A stretch of 64,000 nt of DNA, taken from positions 167,524,001-167,588,000 of the forward strand of contig OX597814.1 of NCBI GenBank assembly GCA_951406725.2, read 5' to 3'. A program made the translations under genes and the position numbers. Under the pieces are notes generated by a model. It was not told where the DNA came from and made no database searches. It saw only the letters and a program-made list of their open reading frames with translations. The stretch's first letter is position 1. Every line of letters starts with the position of its first letter. Of the stretch, positions 37,229-49,670 are shown piece by piece. The stretch comes from Octopus vulgaris. Its lineage: Eukaryota.

Positions 37229-37637
37229 ATAAAATATATATATTTTCCCCTTACTCTTTCCTCTCTCTTTTTCTTTATTCCTATTATTTTTTTCCTTAAA
37301 AAATTTAGACACCCACTTCCATATGTTATTTCTTCATAAATATGTTTTCCCTTTTGTTCTTTCACTCTGTGCATTCTGTAATTGTGCATGTGTGTTTATA
37401 TATGTGGGTGTGCTTATGTGTGTATTGTGCAGGAATGGCTGTGTTTAAGACGTTCACTTCTCAAGTATGTGATTTTGGGTTCAATTTCATTGCATGGCAC
37501 CTAGAGGCAAGTGTCTTCTGTTATAGTTCCAGGTTGGTCAAAACTTTGTGAATGGATTTGGTAGTCAGAAACTGAAAGGAGCCTGTCATGTGTGTGTGTG
37601 TGTGTGTGTGTGTGCACGCGTGCATGTGTGTGCATGC

Positions 37638-37756
37638 ATAAACAAAGGCCCACTCACCAAAATGCCCATGTTGCATATTTCCAGTTCCTCTTCTACTACA
37701 TGGTTCTTTTTCTTTACACTAGACACGGACATTTTGGTGAGTGGGCCTTTGTTTAT
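37638..37756. repeat. Short fold-back / MITE-like element
   Basis: ataaacaaaggcccactcaccaaaatg and cattttggtgagtgggcctttgtttat: 27 bp perfect, extendable to ~34 bp. Confidence 0.8.
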
Positions 37757-38889
37757 CAGCTGGAGGCTTATTTCTAGATACATTCAAAGATAATTACATA
37801 AAGCAGTAGTCCCATCCCAATCAATCATCTGAATCTACAGGAACTGTACTACTGGGTGCACAGAAGGTAAAAAAATTGAAAGGAATAAAATAAAACAGCA
37901 GGTAGATGAAAGACAAAAGATGAACCAAAAGGGAACTTGAGTTCATAAGACACTAAACAATACATCTAGCCCAGTTTTAATACTCTGGGTCAACTTCAAT
38001 GGAAGAAATTAAATAAAGACAGTAAAAATAAGGAAAAATAACTACTACAATGGAATCAACCCTTGTACTTACTCTGTTTGTCTGTTTTGCCAAACCTCTA
38101 AGTTATAGGGATGTCAGCACACCAGCACCAGTTGTCAAGTGGTGGCAGGATTTGAGTTGATGATTTCAGTCTGGTACTTATTTTATTGTTCACTATTTGT
38201 CAAATTACTAAGTTACACATTTTGACACAAGATTCATTTTTACATGGGATAAACATAAATACAAACATGTTTATACTCAAACACATACACAGGATAAACT
38301 TCTTCAGAATCTCTGTCGGCCTAAAGACAAACAGAAGATGCTGAAATACATGCACGCGCATGTACACAACTGCTACACATACACGTGTGTGTGTGTGTGT
38401 AGCAGGGTGGGTGGATGAATGTTTACATTCTGCATCTTCATATGAAACCGTTTTAGCAACATGGTAATAAGTCTCTGTAACAAATCATCATTTAGCCCAT
38501 ATTAACATTGAAGAATACATGAAAATCAACTAAATGCATATAATTACATATATTATCGTCTGTCCCATATTATGTTTCACTGAAGAGGTTCAGTAAAATA
38601 AGAGACTTATCTGAAGTTGTCACCATGCTGCTAAAAATCAGACTCAGTCACCATTGTGATCCATATTCAAGTTATTTTAGTTAATTAAAATTTTGGGATT
38701 TTCTTTGCCTTCTTTTAATGATAATTAGCCAGTCAGTTAGAGACTGGTTGCTCTCATCACTAAAGGAGCATTTGTAATGAATTAGTTTCATGACATATCA
38801 GGTATGTTTGTGAATGCTTAGCTTTCAATAGGCACTCCTGAATATTTTCACCATTGTGTCAGTCTTTCTCTCTCTACATATATTATATA

Positions 38890-39700
38890 TATATATGAAA
38901 AAACAAGTCAAAATAGAAAATGCTAAAATAATTTTATAAAGAACATGTGGCATTCTGCCTTTCTCTGACTCCCTTGTTTGCACTTGTGTGTTCGAATTCT
39001 TGGTAGGGTAGAAGAAGAAGGCTGAAGAGGAGAGGGGGTGGAAAAATTTGGGAGTGCCTTGATTGTTGTATTTTGAATGGTCAGTGACTGCTAGCAGTTG
39101 CAGTTCAATTCAGGAGAATATTTCTATTGAGAGATTTGTTTATGGAATTTGCGTAGGTGTTTTACTAAAAAGCATTAGTGATAAAGTTAAGAGGTAGAAG
39201 GTGGAGCAGTCTTCTTCTTCTTCTTCTTCTGCTCCACCTTCTACCTCTTAACTTTATCACTAATGCTTTTTAGTAAAACACCTACGCAAATTCCATAAAC
39301 AAATCTCTCAATAGAAATATTCTCCTGAATTGAACTGCAACTGCTAGCTGTCACTGACCATTCAAAATACAACAATCAAGGCACTCCCAAATTTTTCCAC
39401 CCCCTCTCCTCTTCAGCCTTCTTCTTCTTCTACCCTACCAAGAATTCACAATGACCTCCAACACACAAGTGCAAACAAGGGAGTCAGAGAAAGGCAGAAT
39501 GCCACTTATATTTGAACACTACTATACAAATATTCCTTTAAAAAAACTTTTCTTCTAATTTTTCTAAATTTAATTATTTAATCGTTACAGTTGAAAAGGT
39601 CCCAAAATGACCGAAACCGGTACTGAAATGTTCTTTATAAAATTATTTTAGCATTTTCTATTTTGACTTGTTTTTCATATATATCAACTCGTGTGTTCCT
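38890..39700 (+). mobile_element. Penelope-like terminus with an inverted partial copy (long palindrome) and a hammerhead-like motif
   Basis: Arms 38947-39209 / 39229-39505 and 38890-38946 / 39628-39684; hammerhead-like motif at 39588-39625; flanked by (TA)n. Confidence 0.7.
39588..39625 (+). ncRNA. Minimal type I hammerhead-ribozyme-like motif (variant core)
   Basis: CAG TTGAAAA GGTC ccaaaat GACC GAAA CCGG TA CTG: stems I and II pair, palindromic stem III, GUA site. Core differs from CUGANGA at two positions. Confidence 0.55.
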
Positions 39701-39726
39701 TTTCACCCATATATATATATATATAT

Positions 39727-40119
39727 ACTCTTTTACTTGTTTCAGTCATTTGACTGTGGCCATGCTGGAGCACCGCCTTTAGTCAAGCAACTCGATCCCG
39801 GGACTTATTCTTTGTAAGCCCAGTACTTATTCTATCGGTCTCTTTTGCCGAACTGCTAAGTGACGGGGACGTAAACACACCAGCATCAGTTGTCAAGCAA
39901 TGCTAGGGGGACAAACACAGACACACAAACACATACACACACATATATATATATACATATATACGACAGGCTTCTTTCAGTTTCTGTCTACCAAATCCAC
40001 TCACAAGGCATTGGTCGGCCCGGGGCTATAGCAGAAGACACTTGCCCAAGATGCTACGCAGTGGGACTGAACCCGGAACCATGTGGTTGGTTAGCAAGCT
40101 ACTTACCACACAGCCACTC
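39727..40119 (-). mobile_element. SINE family B, near full length
   Basis: Reverse complement of the 43329 copy; CpGs largely retained. Confidence 0.9.
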
Positions 40120-40132
40120 ATAATATATGTAA

Positions 40133-40192
40133 GGCCGACCAAAGCCTTGTGAGTGGATTTGGTAGACGGAAACTGGAAAGAAGCCCGTCGTA

Positions 40193-40247
<55 letters not shown>

Positions 40248-40450
40248 TTGTGTGTCTGTGTTTGTCCCCCTAGCATTGCTTGACAACCGATGCTGGTGTG
40301 TTTATGTCCCCGTTACTTAGCAGTTCGGCAAAAGAGACCAATAGCATACGTACTGGGCTTACAAAAGAATAAGTCCCGGGTTCAAGTTGCTCGATTAAAG
40401 GCGGTGCTCCAGCATGGCCGCAGTCAAATGACTGAAAAGAGTAAAAGAGT
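40133..40450 (+). mobile_element. SINE family B, 5'-truncated
   Basis: ggccgaccaaagccttgtgagtggatttgg...gtaaaagag, with an internal (TA)n tract. Confidence 0.9.
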
Positions 40451-40451
40451 A

Positions 40452-41725
40452 TATTGGGAAGATAGTTTTTGTATGTGGCAGATGCTCGGGAGCATTAAAC
40501 TCTGAAAATCTGCAGAAAACAACTTCCGTCACTTTCCAGGGAGAAAAACTAGAAGTAGTTGATAGCTTCCGTTATCTAGGTGACCAAGTAAGTTGTGGGG
40601 GTGGGTGCGTTGAAAGTGTAACTGCTAGAGTAAGATTAGCCTGGGCAAAGTTTAGGGAGCTCTTACCCCTGCTGGTGACTAAAGGCCTCTCACACAGAGT
40701 AAAATGGCAGACTGTATGATGCATGTGTACGAACAGCCATGCTACATGGCAGTGAAACATGGGCCGTGTCTGCTGAGGACATGCGTAAGCTCGTGAGGAA
40801 TGAAGCCAGTATGCTCTGATGGATGTGTAATGTCAGTGTGCATACTCGACAGAACGTTAGTACCTTGAGAGAAATGTTGGACCTAAGAAGCATCAGTTGT
40901 GGTGTGCAGGAGAGACGATTGCGCTGGTATGGTCATGTGGCAAGAATGGATGAAGATAGGTGTGTGAAAAAGTGCCAATCCCTAGCAGTTGAGGGAACTT
41001 GTGGAAGGGGTAGACCCAGGAAAACCTGGGATGAGGTGGTGAAGCACGACCTTCGAACTTTAGGCCTCACTGAGGAAATGACCAGCGACCGAGACCTTTG
41101 GAAATATGCTGTATGTGAGAAGACCAGGCAGGACAAGTGAGTCCAGCCCACTTATGCATGCCTTTCCTCCCTTGGACACACAAAGACCTGTTGAGACAAG
41201 CAAAGTCGATATCGAACCTCATCCGACGACAGGCACCCATGCCAACCCCCCTTTGCTTGCGAAGACCTGTTGGGGCAAGTGAAATCGAAATTGGAATCGA
41301 AATTGAACCAATCCTATGACTGGCACCCGGCAGATGCCAGGACCCCTGGACTGGTGGTACATAAAAAGCACTATCCGAATCGTGGCCGATGCCAGAGCCC
41401 CCTCGACTGGCTTCTGTGCCGGTGGCACATAAAAAGCACCATCCGAATCGTGGCCGAAGCCAGTGCCGCCTCGACTGGCTTCCGTGCCGGTGGCACGTAA
41501 AATGCACCAATCCAACCGTGGTCGTTGCCAGCCTCGCCTGGCACCTGTGCAGGTGGCACGTAAAAAGCACCCACTACACTCACGGAGTGGTTGGCGTTAG
41601 GAAGGGCATCCAGCTGTAGAAACATTGCGAGATAAGACTGCAGCCTTCTGGCTTCCCAGATCCCCGGTCGAACCGTCCAACCCATGCTAGCATGGAGAAC
41701 GGACGTTAAACGATGATGATGATGA

Positions 41726-41728
<3 letters not shown>
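40452..41728 (+). mobile_element. RTE-clade LINE, 5'-truncated, relatively young
   Basis: EVVDSFRYLG, ARVRLAWAKFREL, RRLRWYGHVARM and RGRPRKTW, stop at 41140; modular 3' UTR and (GAT)n tail. Confidence 0.92.
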
Positions 41729-41777
<49 letters not shown>

Positions 41778-41909
41778 GTGTGTGCATGTATATGTATACA
41801 TATATACACATACACATATATTTCTGGTCATTTCAAAATATAACCACATGTGAATCGTTAGCATTTTTTTCTCCATCTTCCTTTTCTCTTGCACTTTCCT
41901 CTGTCACCT

Positions 41910-41944
41910 GTTTCTGAAGAAGAACTTTGCTTGAAATGTAAAAC
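41910..41944 (+). ncRNA. Hammerhead-like motif, decayed
   Basis: GTTT CTGAAGA A GAAC ttt GCTT GAAA TGTA AAAC: intact core and stem I; stems II and III eroded. Confidence 0.45.
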
Positions 41945-42149
41945 CACATTTCTTTCTTTCCCTGACTATCTGCTAATACTTTACATGTACCATGTCCCTC
42001 TGCGTTGTTTTCTTTTTGTGTTTGTTCTTCATTTTTTTGGATTTACTATTATATATATATATTTATATATATATATATATATATATATTTGCCATGGTAG
42101 ATCAGTAGCCACTACACATGTTTTTATTCTCTCTTTTCTTTCTGTGTTC

Positions 42150-42185
42150 CTTTCTGTGGAAGAGCGTAGGCTCGAAACGTTAAAG
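42150..42185 (+). ncRNA. Hammerhead-like motif
   Basis: CTTT CTGTGGA A GAGC gtag GCTC GAAA CGT T AAAG: perfect stems I and II and palindromic ACGT stem III; core has an A6-to-U change. Confidence 0.5.
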
Positions 42186-42279
42186 ACTTTTTCAATTCTC
42201 GAGCATTATACTAATACATCTGTTTGTTTTCTACACCACCTGTCTTTGTCTTTTGTTTTTTTTTTGTGAATTCTACCCC

Positions 42280-42316
<37 letters not shown>

Positions 42317-42328
42317 ACACACACATAC

Positions 42329-42483
42329 ATGAGGCAGTGCTGAAAAATCCTTGGCTTTGGGTAAAAGAAAATACAGGAGGATGAGTTAATTATGATTTCA
42401 ATTAACATATTCCCCTCTCAGATTCACACTTATTGCAGCGGTCCTTCAGTTTTTCTAAACTGTATAAAAAGAACTCAGATGGT
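42329..42483 (-). mobile_element. Mariner 3' end fragment
   Basis: TIR-like tgaggcagtgctgaaaaatcc; minus strand EKLKDRCNKC..LRGEYV, a mariner C-terminus. Confidence 0.65.
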
Positions 42484-42484
42484 T

Positions 42485-43150
42485 TTATATATTTTTACTT
42501 TATTATGTTTGTTTGTTATTTTGAGCTGATACATAAGGATGTTAAAGAAGTAGTGATTATTCAAGGGATACAATTCAGTGTCTGAACAATTACAGTTATC
42601 TCTTCTTCATTGATTTGTTCTGTTTGTACTGTCTTGAAAGAGTCTGTGTTTATGCAGGGGAATGATTTTTCTTATAGAAATGTTTATAGAATTACTGGCT
42701 TTCATATCCTCGCCAATGAATACTTGTTGTCTTTGTGGAAATGTTGCTGAGCTACAATGTCAAATTGGATAATTTTGCATTGATTTTTAACCCTCAATCT
42801 TCTTGAATCATCAACATTAGGGGTTTTTCATATGTTTTAGTTTCATGAAGGACTTTTTCTTTTGTGTTAAGGTGGATTTGACTCTACTGTTTTTAGCTGA
42901 CAACATTTAGTTCTCTGAATTAATAAGTTTCTATATTTTAGCCTACTATTTAAATTCATACCTTTGAGTGTAGTGTCTAATAGTAGTATTTTTATTACCA
43001 TGCCACATAATTCCTTACTCTGCATGCATTTTATTATGCTTTTGACTTTTTTGAAGAGAAGTTTGGTGTAGTTTCCTTGGTCTTATGAGAGTTTTGCTTA
43101 TTGTGTTTGGTATGTTTATTTACTTCATCTATTTTTTTACTCTAGATTAC
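42485..43150 (-). pseudogene. Penelope-like element ORF remnant
   Basis: Minus strand IIQFDIV (RT motif) and DNCNCSDTELYPLNNHYFFNILMYQLKITN...KIY (CNC..CPL..C..IY..YIG GIY-YIG pattern). Confidence 0.55.
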
Positions 43151-43328
43151 TTGAGGATGTTAAAGAATTAGCCCTTTAGTGTTCAGATTATTCTATCAAA
43201 CATAATGCTTATTGATTCATAAGTATTGTTTGTATGTGTCTCCACAACAAACCATTTGCATCCGTTTGAAATAGCTACCGAATCTTGCTCAAATCACACC
43301 CTACTGTCTCATACAAATAAGCTGACAT

Positions 43329-43717
43329 AGGCGCAGGAGTGGCTGTGTGGTAAGTAGCTTGCTAACCAACCACATGGTTCCGGGTTCAGTCCCACTGCAT
43401 GGCATCATGGGCAAGTGTCTTCTGCTATAGCCCCGGGCTGACCAATGCCTTGTGAGTGGATTTGGTAGACGGAAACTGAAAGAAGCCTGTCGTATATATG
43501 TATATATATGTATGTTTGTGTGCTGTGTTTGTCCCCCCAGCATTGCTTGACAACCGATGCTGGTGTATTTACGTCTCCGTCACTTAGCGGTTCGGCAAAA
43601 AGAGACCGATAGAATAAGTACTGGGCTTACAAAGAATAAGTCCCGGGGTCGATTTGCTCGACTAAAGGCGGTGCTCCAGCATGGCCGCAGTCAAATGACT
43701 GAAACGAGTAAAAGAGT
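43329..43717 (+). mobile_element. tRNA-derived SINE family B, full length (CORE-like)
   Basis: A box TGGCTGTGTGG, B box GGTTCAGTCCC, tgggcaagt CORE-like segment, internal microsatellite, end gtaaaagag. At least 10 copies or fragments in the window. Confidence 0.9.
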
Positions 43718-44095
43718 GACAGTGGAGTCCCCATGTTTCAGGTAGATTTTAAAAATTATGCAATCAAATGTCTCTTAAATCACATGCAATAGTATCACTG
43801 TGCACACACACACACACACTATGAGTTTTCACTAACACTCACTTGCAGTAACAAGTGACAGCTACTGAAAAGTCATTTGTTCTGCTAAAAAAGGCAACCA
43901 AATCTTTCTCAAATTACAGTCATAAAAAAGGAATCTTTGTACAATCTAGTTCTTGCTATATTAAGACAAAAATGACAAGATCTTCGCAGTTGGAACAGTT
44001 TTTATTGTTGGTCTGCCTAATCAGAGCTAACCATGAGATATGCAACAATAATTAAGGGAGCCTTTAGCTAGTAACCAACAACTGGGTATCTGAGT

Positions 44096-44414
44096 CAGCA
44101 GTTCTCAACCAGGGTCCATATAAGATTTTGGGGGTCCATACAACAACATAATAAATTGAGGATCCACAATAGTATTTTAAGAGCCCCTTAAAAAATCTTG
44201 CTTTAAATGTATGTATTGTTATGCATTGCAAGAAACAGCTAGGTTTCTTTCTTTACCATTTTACATACTTCAACTACACAAGTGAATGTGTGAAAAACAA
44301 AATAGGAATTTTGAAAGAAATATTTATAAAACGAGTTTTTAAACATCAAATGGCTATGGAGTTTCACCAGAATAAAATAGGGGTCCATAGATAAAAAATG
44401 GTTGAGAATCCCTG
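44096..44414. mobile_element. Non-autonomous hAT element (MITE)
   Basis: TIRs CAGCAGTTCTCAACC / GGTTGAGAATCCCTG; subterminal gggtccata repeats; degenerate 8-bp TSD atctgagt / atttaaat. Confidence 0.75.
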
Positions 44415-45952
44415 ATTTAAATGATCCCTCAATCTGCTAGACATTGTGGCTAAATCTCTTGCAAATCCCACACCCTGTCTTAAGGAAAGACATATTGGCC
44501 AGTGTAAGCCCGGACATGATGCTCATGGCTGGAATAACTTTTATTATGGGTCTCTTAATCTGCTCTTACACTATTTTATTATGAATATTTTATTTAAATA
44601 TTATGAAATACATGTACGCTGTACTATTTATACTTATATGTAATCATTTTAAACTGTTTGTCTGTATTAGTTTCTGTAATCACCTATTACCCATATATAC
44701 AAGATGTTTTTAAACTCTTGGCTATGAAAATAGCCAGGAAAATATACTAATTTTTATTTCAGTAACATAAAATAGACCGCCAAAAATAAAACTGATGGGT
44801 GGGTGGGTTTGGTGGGGGGGGAATTAAACTACCATATTTATATGACATGGATTTTATCTTAAGTAGATATCTGGTCAAAACAGGAAAATATGAATAAAAA
44901 TCAGACTAACAAAATTAGAGATATTTTAATCAGATAGCACTTTCTAAAATGACTACCGTGCTAGTATTTTATCACAAACTGATAATGCTGCATTTATCAG
45001 GTTATTAAAGTCATTATATGCAAGTGACTCATAGAGGTCTTTATGAGTTGTTGAAAATCCAACCTTTGATATGTTGTGAAGTCTGTGCAAATTAGCTTTG
45101 TCAGGTGTTTTGTTTGTAAAGGTTACACTACTCTTCAACTTCACAAACTTCATTACAGAGTACTGTGATTCACAGCGGCATGTTATGCTGATCAGTTAGA
45201 GGTATCACACGTGCACGTGCGCACACACACACACACACACACACATATTTGCTTTCATCCATTCAGGATGTTTTATTTCTGTATTATGTGAACAGAAATG
45301 TGTCGTAGATTTTGAATTCTGGATCATTATACCCAAACCTTTCTTGAGTGTGACTTGAGGTTAATATTTATACCATTAGCTGCTGAAGTTTTGTATTTTC
45401 TTCAGTCTACTAACACCAGCTGTATTCTTAGCAAATTTTCCAGCAGAATATGCACATTTTTATCAGATTACTTATTGAGCCTATCAGTTTACTGATTGCT
45501 ATGGTTAATTATAGGAAAAGTTTTCATGATTTGCTTCATAGTGGCTTTTCATGTTATTGTCTTTGTAATGATTGTGTGACACATAGTGGATAAGACAAAG
45601 ATTTATTCCTTTAGCAACTAAAGCAAAATTTTCCTCCCTCATTGTCTTAATATCAGTTTTTATTTTCATGTATTTGTTTCTTACAATTTGATGACACCAT
45701 CCTCCTTCACAAATTTTTTTCAGACACTTCTAAACAAAATATGTGTTCAAATGTTACCGAAAATGCCCACTAACACCACCACCATTCTCATATATGTAAT
45801 TTACAGCAACTCAGAGTACTTGCACACTTCTCTACTTTATAACTTTTGGTCTGTTTTATAAATGTTTTATAGTTCTTTCAAAAATTATTCCATTTCCACA
45901 CTTTTTCAGAAATGTTTAACAAAAACATGCGGAGTAGCGAGCTAGAAGTTAC

Positions 45953-45964
45953 TACATACATACA

Positions 45965-45995
<31 letters not shown>

Positions 45996-46266
45996 GCATG
46001 CATGCATGCATGCATGCATGCATGCATACATGCATGCATGAGCAGGAGTGGGTGTATGGTAAGAAGCGTGCTCCCAACCACATGGTTCTGGGTTCAGCCC
46101 TACTGCATGGCACCTTGGGCAAGTATCTTCTTCTATGGCCTTGTGAGTGAATTTGGTTGACAGAAACTGAAAGAAGCCCAACATATGCTTTATATACACT
46201 TTTGTCAAGTTGTGGTGCACCTGAGCACTGTATACAATAATTTCATTATTAAGTCATTATTATTAT
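45953..46266 (+). repeat. (CATA)n/(CATG)n microsatellite, SINE B fragment (46040-46180) and CR1 3' end (46182-46266)
   Basis: 46182-46250 matches the reverse complement of 3330-3398 (cctgagcactgtatacaataatttcattatt). Confidence 0.75.
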
Positions 46267-47384
46267 TTTTTATATATACATCGTCATTATCACCATCATC
46301 ATTTAACATTGATGTCCCATGCTGGTTATGAGTTGAATGGTTTGGCAGTATTTGATGAGTCTTAGGACTGCATTATGCTCCAACGCCTGCTTTGGCATTA
46401 TTTCTACAGCTGGACACCCTTCCTAATACCAACTACTTTACAGCATTACATTTTTCATGGCACTAACACTAATGAGATTGCCATGAAGCCTGTAAGGCTA
46501 AGATCCCCTTTGACTGAAGGGTCTACAGTAGAGAGTGGAGTGGCTTTATACTATGGGATTAGGAGTGACAAGGGGTGAAAATGAGAGAGATGGGACCAGA
46601 ACAGAACAGGTTTCTTGCTGTATAGGAGCTACATGGTTACTCAAATTTTAGAAGATAAGATGAGAGTAGTAGTGTGGAACTGGAAAGAGATAAAAGTAGT
46701 GATGATGAGGTGTCAGGGCGAATGTTCAAAAATCAAGATGAGTAGAAGCGAGTGGAGACTGGAGAACAGGAAGTGTGATTGGATAGAGGTTACAAGAGTT
46801 TATGGAAGAATGATGGGGACTAGTTAGGAGTGTATTATGAACAAGTGTTGAAGGATGATAAGTAGGAGCAGTGAGGAAGAGGGAAGAGTTGGTGACATCT
46901 GTAGAAATAGGGTAAGGTTGAGGGGTGGGCTTTAGGGTCTACAGATGTTACAGGAGTTTTGGGAAAATAGGATAGAGGAGATGACTGATGACTGACTGCA
47001 GAAAAAAATGGTGAGATAGAGTGGTGAAGGGCAGCAGAATAGTAATTATAATAAGGATACAGTAGGTAGGAAAGAAAGAGAGGGGATGGTGAGAAGGAAT
47101 TGACATGGGATTAGGTAGGTTGTAGTGTGAAGGCAGAGTGAATGGGTGAAAGGGAGATGTATGGCACTGGATACTCAGGAGAGTGAGCAATGTAAAATTT
47201 GAGTGGAGAGGACTATATTAAGAAAGAAAGTTGATTAACTTAAATGGTTTTGTGTACTTAGAGGTGTTGGGGTAGAGCATAAGTGGTATCAGGGAAAATC
47301 TGAAGTATGCAGTCCTCACAAGGAGAGTTGTGTATTTATATACACATTGTGCTTACAAATTTTCAGTATCTCTGAGGCTGGCAG

Positions 47385-48415
47385 ATCTCAAGAACTGCCT
47401 TTCACCAGTCATCCTGGTCCTTTGTCTTTGTGAGGTTCAAGATCCTGAGATCAGCTTTCACCAATTCATCTTTTTGGAGGCATCCTCTTCCACAATCTCC
47501 ATTTACACTAATTGAGAGACACTTCATTATGCAGCTGTCCTCAGTCACACACACCACATGTCCATACCAGTGCAGTCTTCTTTCTTGCACATTACATCTG
47601 ATGATTCATATGTATGTACATATGCACATACATACACAAACACTTACACACACACACACATACCTATACACATATGTGTGAATGTTTCTGTTTAAGTAGA
47701 TTAGTTTAATTTCCCCTTCGGTTCACATGTGACCATTCAGAAGTTCTTCATCTTCTCTTTTGAGTATTTTCATTGTTGAGTACATCATCATCATCATTTA
47801 ATGTCTATTGTCTATGCTGGCATGAGTTGGATGCTTTGACCAGGGCTAGTAAGTCAGATTTGGCTTGGTTTCTATAGCTGGATGCCCTTTCTAACACCAA
47901 CCACTCCGAGAATGCAACAGGTGCTTTTACATGCCACTGGTACAGGTGCAAGTTGCGTGACACCAGTATCTGCCATGATTCAATTCCATTTGGTTTGATG
48001 GGTCTTCTACTTAAGCACAACATATTGCCAAAGGTCTCAATTATTTGTCATTGCCTCTGTGAGGCTCAACGCTCATAAGGTGCTTTTTACATGCCAGTTA
48101 TGCAACACTGATATTGGCCACATTGCCTCTGTGAGACCGACCCCTCAAAAGGTGCTTTTTACATGCCACCAGCATGGGTACCAGTTATGTGACATGAGCA
48201 TTGGCCACGATTACGATTTCACTTGGCTTGATAGGTCTTCTCAAGCACGGCATATCGCCACAGGACTCAGTCACTAGTCATTACCTCTGTGAGGCCCAAC
48301 ATTTCAAGATAATGCTTCACCACCTCGTCTCATGTCTTCCTGGGTCCACCTCTTCTACAAGCTCCCTCCACTGTTAGAGATCGGCAGTTCTTTACACAGC
48401 TGTCCTCATCACACA
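47385..48415 (-). mobile_element. RTE fragments (47385-47605 and 47783-48415)
   Basis: ORF 47402-47590 QERRLHWYGHV; (CAT)n tail and RTE 3' UTR from 47783. Confidence 0.75.
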
Positions 48416-48479
48416 CATGATATACTCATTTCTTTCTTTACTGTTAAGTAGGTGGTGTCTAAGTGATACAATGCAGCAC

Positions 48480-49670
48480 TCAAAAGCCATCTGGACTGAC
48501 CTCATGCCTCTTCCTTCATCTCTCTTTAGGATAGACCCTGTTAGTGTCACTAATGATGTGGAAGTTACCAGTAGTTGTTAGCTTCTTTCTAGTTTCAAGT
48601 TGAAAATTTCTTCATGTCTCATGTATGATATGCTAGTTGTTGGTTCTAACTTTGGCACTGTGAAAGCATTGTGGTATATGGTCATATTACATGCAAACAG
48701 TTCTGATTTCTATACCTTCCAAACTCTGCTGGAGTATTCTTTTGTCAGTCTAGCTTTACACAGTTTCAATGCATGCTATCATCATCATCATCATCATCGT
48801 TTATACTATATTTTCGTCAACACTGAGGTTTTCTAACAGTTTTTCATTGGAGATAGATGAGATAGACAAGCCATTGATATCCATATTCCTTGGCAAGTTT
48901 TCCTATTTTACCTCAATTGACTGCCAAATATAAACACTTGTCTTAATCTAAGTCCATTCCTGTTTTGTTAAGCTCTGTGACCTGTTTTGTTGCTGGTGGG
49001 ATGAATATTACTTGAATACAACTTAAGATCATCAGCAAAAAGAGGTGTTGGTAATATTGTTCTCTCCTCTGTAGATTCCATCATGGACACCCTGCTTTTC
49101 TTTAAACAGAGTTTATAAAGGATTCTCTGCTAGGACTAAAAGTTGTAGAGGTAAGCTGTATTCTGAAATGTTCCTGTTGATAACCTAATTTTGTTAGTGG
49201 CTATAGTTGTAGCATCAGTTCTTGTTGACCACTTTTGTGGATCTATGTCATTGTTAGTCCCTTGATGGTATCTTATATAGCAGTTGGAAAATTGGAAAAA
49301 CTTGTTGATTCTAATATCCAAGAGTAAAGGATTGAGTCAAATGCTATTCTACAGTCTAGCTGTACAGTCAGTAGACTTCAGTGGTACAACTTCACTTCTT
49401 TAAGGGCAGCTTTGTTCATGAGAAGCTATTCAGCACAGCCCAAACACCTTTCTTTCTTTCTCTCTACTCATCAGTCACCTTGTGTTACAGAATGACCTTG
49501 GAGGAACATTTTCAAGCAAGCTGTGTACAGCTTACACAACACTCAAGCATGCCATGGGCCTGTAGATTTTGGTCAATAATCTTTCATGTTGCTTTTCTTT
49601 GTGTGTATGTTCAGCACTCATTGTTATTTTGAACTGATTAGTAAGGTCTTCCTTGTAAAATGCGAGTTCT
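48480..49670 (-). pseudogene. Decayed R4/Dong-like non-LTR retrotransposon RT fragment
   Basis: Minus strand YRPMACL...KLYTACL, LDCRIAFDSILYSWILE (~49300-49360), SLPLQLLVLAENPL and LFADDLKLYSSN (~49005-49045), in canonical order. Confidence 0.7.
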
